From a virus (taxonomy: Duplodnaviria; Caudoviricetes): DNA of 64,000 nucleotides. The DNA lies in IMG/VR virus record IMGVR_UViG_3300042673_001351, positions 18,597 through 82,596 of that record; one strand, written 5' to 3'. Below, piece after piece: positions 60,187-64,000 of this stretch. A program made the position numbers and the translations under genes. The notes under the pieces were generated by a model. That model had not been told where the DNA came from and made no database searches. It saw only the letters and a program-made list of their open reading frames with translations. Every line of letters begins with the position of its first letter. The first letter of the stretch is position 1.

Positions 60187-60375
60187 TTACTCTTTGTCGG
60201 ATCTCTCTCTTATTCCGATAGTTAAAAACCATAGGGCTACTGAGGCTAAAGTTACATAGCCTACTACTGTCTTTGCGCTGCCCTCAAGTACCACCCAGGC
60301 TACGAAAAATCCTAGGAATGTAAAGTTTTCATTTAGGGCCGCAAAGCCCCATTTTTTTAACCAGTTCATATTCAT
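60187..60375 (-). CDS. Small membrane protein
   Basis: Two hydrophobic segments. Confidence 0.55.
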   Translation of the reverse strand: MNMNWLKKWGFAALNENFTFLGFFVAWVVLEGSAKTVVGYVTLASVALWFLTIGIRERSDKE

Positions 60376-60376
60376 A

Positions 60377-63046
60377 TTATACCTTCCTTCTATATGCTGT
60401 GCCAAGAACTATCTGGCCAGCTATTATTGTTACAACTACTATATCTTCTGCTTTTTCACGTTCTGGGATAGACATGTCGGCACCTATGTTAATCAGTGCC
60501 TTGCCTAATTCACATTTTTGCTCTTCCGTCAAACCTTCAATTGCTTCATCTGGATTGAAACAGCTGGCTATTGCATTTGCTAAAGCTGCTGGGCTTTCTA
60601 GAACAAGCAACGCTGAGGCTACCTCTGCTTGAATTACTACTGGGTTACCATTATCATCTTCTCTTACCTCTACTGGAATTGTAGGAGGAAGATCACGATA
60701 TTCTAGCCCCGCTGATTCTATGTTTGCTGCAGTTACTGGGGCTCCCTCTGCTGATGAAACTAATACATCTGCAACTAAATCTTTTTCTGCTAAAGTAAAT
60801 TTGCCGTCTTCAGATAAGGCTTCAGATAAATTAACAACTTCTGCAGTTGTTATTTCTCCATCTGCAGAAAGCATTTCTGTAATAAATTCTGCTTCTGCTT
60901 CTGTAAGTCCGCCTTCTGATAAAGATTCAGACACTTCAGCAGCAATCTCTGCAGAAACCTCTCCACCTTCAGCAATTGCTTCTAGTACTGCAGAAACCTC
61001 AGATGCATCTAAACTACTATCGCTAATTAAATCAGTAACAACTTCTTGAATATCTTCTACAGAAAGGTTTGCACCACTTTCTGATATTTCTTCAATAGAA
61101 ACTTCACTTTCTTCAAATACAACCTCTGCTTCTTCTGCAGGAGTATCAACAGGCTCTGTGTCTATTGGTTCTGTATCTACAGGTTCTGTATCAACTGGTT
61201 CTGTATCTACAGGTTCTGTATCAACTGGTTCTGTATCTACAGGCTCTGTGTCTATTGGCTCTGTATCTACAGGTTCTGTGTCTATTGGCTCTGTATCTAC
61301 AGGTTCTGTGTCTACAGGAGTTGTGTCAACTGGAGTTGTGTCTACAGGGGTTGTATTAACTGGAGTTGTATCTACAGGACCACCACCATTTAAATTTGCA
61401 CCTTGTGGTGCTGGTACAGAAATAACAGTATCAGTATATTGACTTACAGGTCCAGACCAGTTAGCAACTCTAACAGTATAGGTAGCGCCTTCTGTCAAAC
61501 CACTTAACTGAATAGATGCAGGAGCACCATCTGTATTATATGTTCCACCTTCGTATGGATTTTCTGCATCTGGATCATCTGTTATTACTTGATAGAACCA
61601 AGTGTTTGCTGTATATCCTTCAGGTAGAGATGGTGTAATAGTTGCGGTAGTTCCTGCAACAATTGGAGTTGAAATTATTGGGGCAGGGGTTGGAATGTTG
61701 TTACTAATTGCAGTAACTAGTTGACTTGATTTAGTGTTTAATGATGACTCAAGAGATGTCTTTGTTGATACCGCTGAGTTTACCGTATTGGTTAAAGATG
61801 TAGTATTAATAGCATTTATATTAGATGTGTTTGTAGTATTTTGAGCAACTACTGGGGTAAGGCTTGAGTTTAATTGTGCAATCGTTGCATTTGCTGCGTC
61901 AACCGATGCCTGAACTGTTTCTGTGTTTGAATCTACATATGGAGTGAATGCTGCACCTTGACTTATTTGTCCAGCAAAACCTGCTCCAACATTAGTATCT
62001 GTAATTGGAATGAGTGCACCGTTAGTTGTTTCTCTATAATTAAACCTTGCTTGATTTGGTATTGGTCCATTAGCAGTTACACTTGCCATCCATGCACCAT
62101 TATTTGGATTTACATCAGCATTAAATCTTACTTGAACCATTTGCGTAGAGGCATCTTGTTGTGGGTATGGACGAAGGTCCCAAGCAATATCTAAACTTGT
62201 ACCAGTTGTTGCATAGGTAATACCTGTTCCTGTGCTCCAAGTAGTCCAGTCCCATCCCGCTATAGATACGGATGGGGCACTTGGAGTTGTATGGTATACG
62301 CCACCCTCATTTACACCAAATGTTATTGTTGCATTAGACCCAACATAAACGTTATTATAAACAGTTCCACCCATTTGCATTCCGAACGGAAGATTCATTT
62401 GAACCCCAGCATCATCTACTCCAGCCAAAACATTTGTGCTAGTTCCAATAGTGGCTTGTAAATTGTTGACTGCTGTTTGGGCAGCATCAATAGCAAGGTT
62501 TGCTTGAGTTAATTCGGTTTGAGCAGTTGCCTGTGCTGTAGAGGCTTCTGTTTTTGCAGCGACTACTTCAGATATTGCTGTCTGAGCCTCTGTTATTTGT
62601 GTTGTTATATTATTTATAGCGGTAGTTGCAACAGTTACTGTAGCCTTTGCATCTTGAACTACCTGAGAACCTTGATCTATTGGGGTAACAGATAAATCAA
62701 CACTACTAATAGTATTAATAGCGGTTTGAACATTACTTATTTCTGTATTAGCTAAAGATATTTTTGATGCTACCTCTGCCACGATAGGTTGAGCTTGAGA
62801 ATATTCGGTTTGTGCTTCTGTTACCTCCACTAAGGCTGTTTCAGTGGCTGTAATGGCTTGCTGAACCTCTGTAGTGGCGGTTGCAAGTGCTTCATTAACT
62901 GCCTGTTGTGCAGGACTTACAACAACTTGTTCTTGTCCGCCTTGATCTGTAGCCCAAGCATAACTTGGTCCAATAAAAAATAGCCAACCTGTAACAAAAA
63001 GGCTAGCTAAAAAGTATTTTAACTTTCTACTCAATTGGATCTCCAA
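60377..63046 (-). CDS. Large surface-anchored protein (signal peptide, coiled coil, beta domain, FN3, Pro/Thr repeats, acidic stalk, C-terminal TM)
   Basis: LSGLTEGATYTVRVAN (FN3); C-terminal IVVVTIIAGQIVLG-RRK. Confidence 0.7.
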   Translation of the reverse strand: MEIQLSRKLKYFLASLFVTGWLFFIGPSYAWATDQGGQEQVVVSPAQQAVNEALATATTEVQQAITATETALVEVTEAQTEYSQAQPIVAEVASKISLANTEISNVQTAINTISSVDLSVTPIDQGSQVVQDAKATVTVATTAINNITTQITEAQTAISEVVAAKTEASTAQATAQTELTQANLAIDAAQTAVNNLQATIGTSTNVLAGVDDAGVQMNLPFGMQMGGTVYNNVYVGSNATITFGVNEGGVYHTTPSAPSVSIAGWDWTTWSTGTGITYATTGTSLDIAWDLRPYPQQDASTQMVQVRFNADVNPNNGAWMASVTANGPIPNQARFNYRETTNGALIPITDTNVGAGFAGQISQGAAFTPYVDSNTETVQASVDAANATIAQLNSSLTPVVAQNTTNTSNINAINTTSLTNTVNSAVSTKTSLESSLNTKSSQLVTAISNNIPTPAPIISTPIVAGTTATITPSLPEGYTANTWFYQVITDDPDAENPYEGGTYNTDGAPASIQLSGLTEGATYTVRVANWSGPVSQYTDTVISVPAPQGANLNGGGPVDTTPVNTTPVDTTPVDTTPVDTEPVDTEPIDTEPVDTEPIDTEPVDTEPVDTEPVDTEPVDTEPVDTEPIDTEPVDTPAEEAEVVFEESEVSIEEISESGANLSVEDIQEVVTDLISDSSLDASEVSAVLEAIAEGGEVSAEIAAEVSESLSEGGLTEAEAEFITEMLSADGEITTAEVVNLSEALSEDGKFTLAEKDLVADVLVSSAEGAPVTAANIESAGLEYRDLPPTIPVEVREDDNGNPVVIQAEVASALLVLESPAALANAIASCFNPDEAIEGLTEEQKCELGKALINIGADMSIPEREKAEDIVVVTIIAGQIVLGTAYRRKV
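61139..61378 (-). repeat. Sixteen 15-bp coding repeats P(V/I)DT(T/E)
   Basis: Seen in both DNA and translation. Confidence 0.9.
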
Positions 63047-63105
63047 GTAACAAAATTTTTGTTACATGAAGATTATATCATGTATACCTATTTAAATAGT
63101 CTTAG

Positions 63106-63288
63106 TTACTTGGGATTATCTGTTTTATAAAAACCAGTTCCTTTAAACTGTATACCAAAAGATCCGTACACCTTAGTCATTGGACACCCGCACTTTTCAC
63201 AGATTTCCGTAGAATCTGCTTCAGAAAAAGACTTTACTACTTCTTTATCTAAGTCGCACCTTACACATGCATACTCATACGTTGGCAT
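63106..63288 (-). CDS. FmdB-family zinc ribbon protein
   Basis: MPTYEYAC..C...C..CG...FKGTGFYKTD. Confidence 0.85.
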   Translation of the reverse strand: MPTYEYACVRCDLDKEVVKSFSEADSTEICEKCGCPMTKVYGSFGIQFKGTGFYKTDNPK

Positions 63289-63693
63289 CTACTTATTCCT
63301 TGCTCTTTGTTTTGCTAAAGCATCAAAATCTTTTACTTTAGTCTCCCCCATGTATCCCCAAGCGTATCCATCTTCAATCATCTGTTCGTTAACAGACTTT
63401 GTGTTGCCGTCAATGTAAATCCATCCAAGTATGCGACCATACTTTTCTGTGCTGTCTGGTTTTTCTGTTTTTACAACTATAACCTTTGCGTCTTTAAACT
63501 TAGACTTAAGATATTCTTTTGATTCGAGGCCTAATGCTTTTTCAAGCTTATCGGTAGTTCTAGACTCTGGCGTATCGATACCTGCCAGTCTAAGTCTTTG
63601 AGCATATGAAATGCTAAATCCTAGATCTATGTCGACATCTACTGTGTCTCCATCTACAATTTTTGTTACTTGCTTAATTCTGTACTCAAACAT
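63289..63693 (-). CDS. Thermonuclease (SNase-like)
   Basis: VDGDT, RLAGIDTPE, EKYGRILG. Confidence 0.85.
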   Translation of the reverse strand: MFEYRIKQVTKIVDGDTVDVDIDLGFSISYAQRLRLAGIDTPESRTTDKLEKALGLESKEYLKSKFKDAKVIVVKTEKPDSTEKYGRILGWIYIDGNTKSVNEQMIEDGYAWGYMGETKVKDFDALAKQRARNK

Positions 63694-63713
63694 TATTCTC
63701 CTAAAATATTAAA

Positions 63714-63797
63714 GAGCAGTTTGCGGACGTGCTCAGGTCCATCCTTCGGGTAGCGACCCGAATAACCTGCGACTCCCCGATGAAGGGGTGCAGGTTC
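63714..63797 (-). ncRNA. Candidate structured RNA: two hairpins plus H-type pseudoknot
   Basis: AACCUGC/GCAGGUU enclosing CCCC/GGGG; UUCGGGU/ACCCGAA; GGAC/GUCC with loop GAGCA pairing to 3' UGCUC. Confidence 0.6.
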
Positions 63798-63809
63798 TTA
63801 TTATACTAT

Positions 63810-64000
63810 TTATTTGATCTTGATGACTTTTGGTTTTTTCTCTTCAGGGACATTTTTACTAATGTGTATATGGAGCATGCCATCTTTCATTTCGGCAAGA
63901 TCAACTTCCATATATTCTCCTAATGAAAATGACCTTTCAAAATTTCTTTTGGCAATTCCTTCGTGGATATATTCTCCATCCCAGTGTTCTCCGTGTAATT
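63810..64000 (-). CDS. Hsp20 small heat-shock protein, 3' part only
   Basis: YIHEGIAKRNFERSFSL...AEMKDGMLHI...VPEEKKPKVIKI. Confidence 0.85.
   Translation of the reverse strand, partial: LHGEHWDGEYIHEGIAKRNFERSFSLGEYMEVDLAEMKDGMLHIHISKNVPEEKKPKVIKIK

Noticed and set aside
1-64000. Alternative genetic code or a cellular (host) origin
   Set aside because: Long genes translate intact with the standard code and all three stop codons are used; gene content is phage structural plus auxiliary, with no ribosomal or core operons.

Overview
This window looks like part of a large, AT-rich tailed phage that probably infects freshwater Actinobacteria. The evidence is a WhiB gene, a PASTA domain, an Lsr2-like peptide, a DesA1-type desaturase, GAAAGGA ribosome-binding sites, many leaderless TGnTATAAT promoters, tail-fibre/holin/CHAP genes and no cellular housekeeping operons. 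Layout: (1) 1-22991, minus strand: tail and virion genes, a translationally coupled operon of tailoring enzymes (2OG-Fe(II) oxygenases, a Skp1/Gnt1-like GlcNAc transferase, an SDR), class II ribonucleotide reductase and a GT4. (2) 23-31 kb: lysozyme-like protein, sulfotransferases, cytochrome P450, methyltransferase and acyl-ACP desaturase. (3) 31-42 kb, plus strand: an early-type island of small ORFs and tRNA-Asp, punctuated by a fixed-geometry repeat and a distinct promoter class. (4) 42-64 kb, minus strand: auxiliary genes (SpeD, catalase, APS kinase fusion, thioredoxin, S8 and Ntn proteases, WhiB, CHAP, surface proteins, SNase, Hsp20). Best candidates for something new: (a) two proteins with [F/Y]-x-F-T-P repeats fused directly to Ser...His-Asp Hint domains, one heading a prolyl-hydroxylase/glycosyltransferase operon, which suggests a RiPP-like or Hedgehog-like modification system; (b) an 8-copy fixed-spacing intergenic element whose spacers carry CRP-, WhiA- and DnaA-like boxes; (c) three candidate structured RNAs. 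All family calls come from motif recognition by eye; no database search was run.
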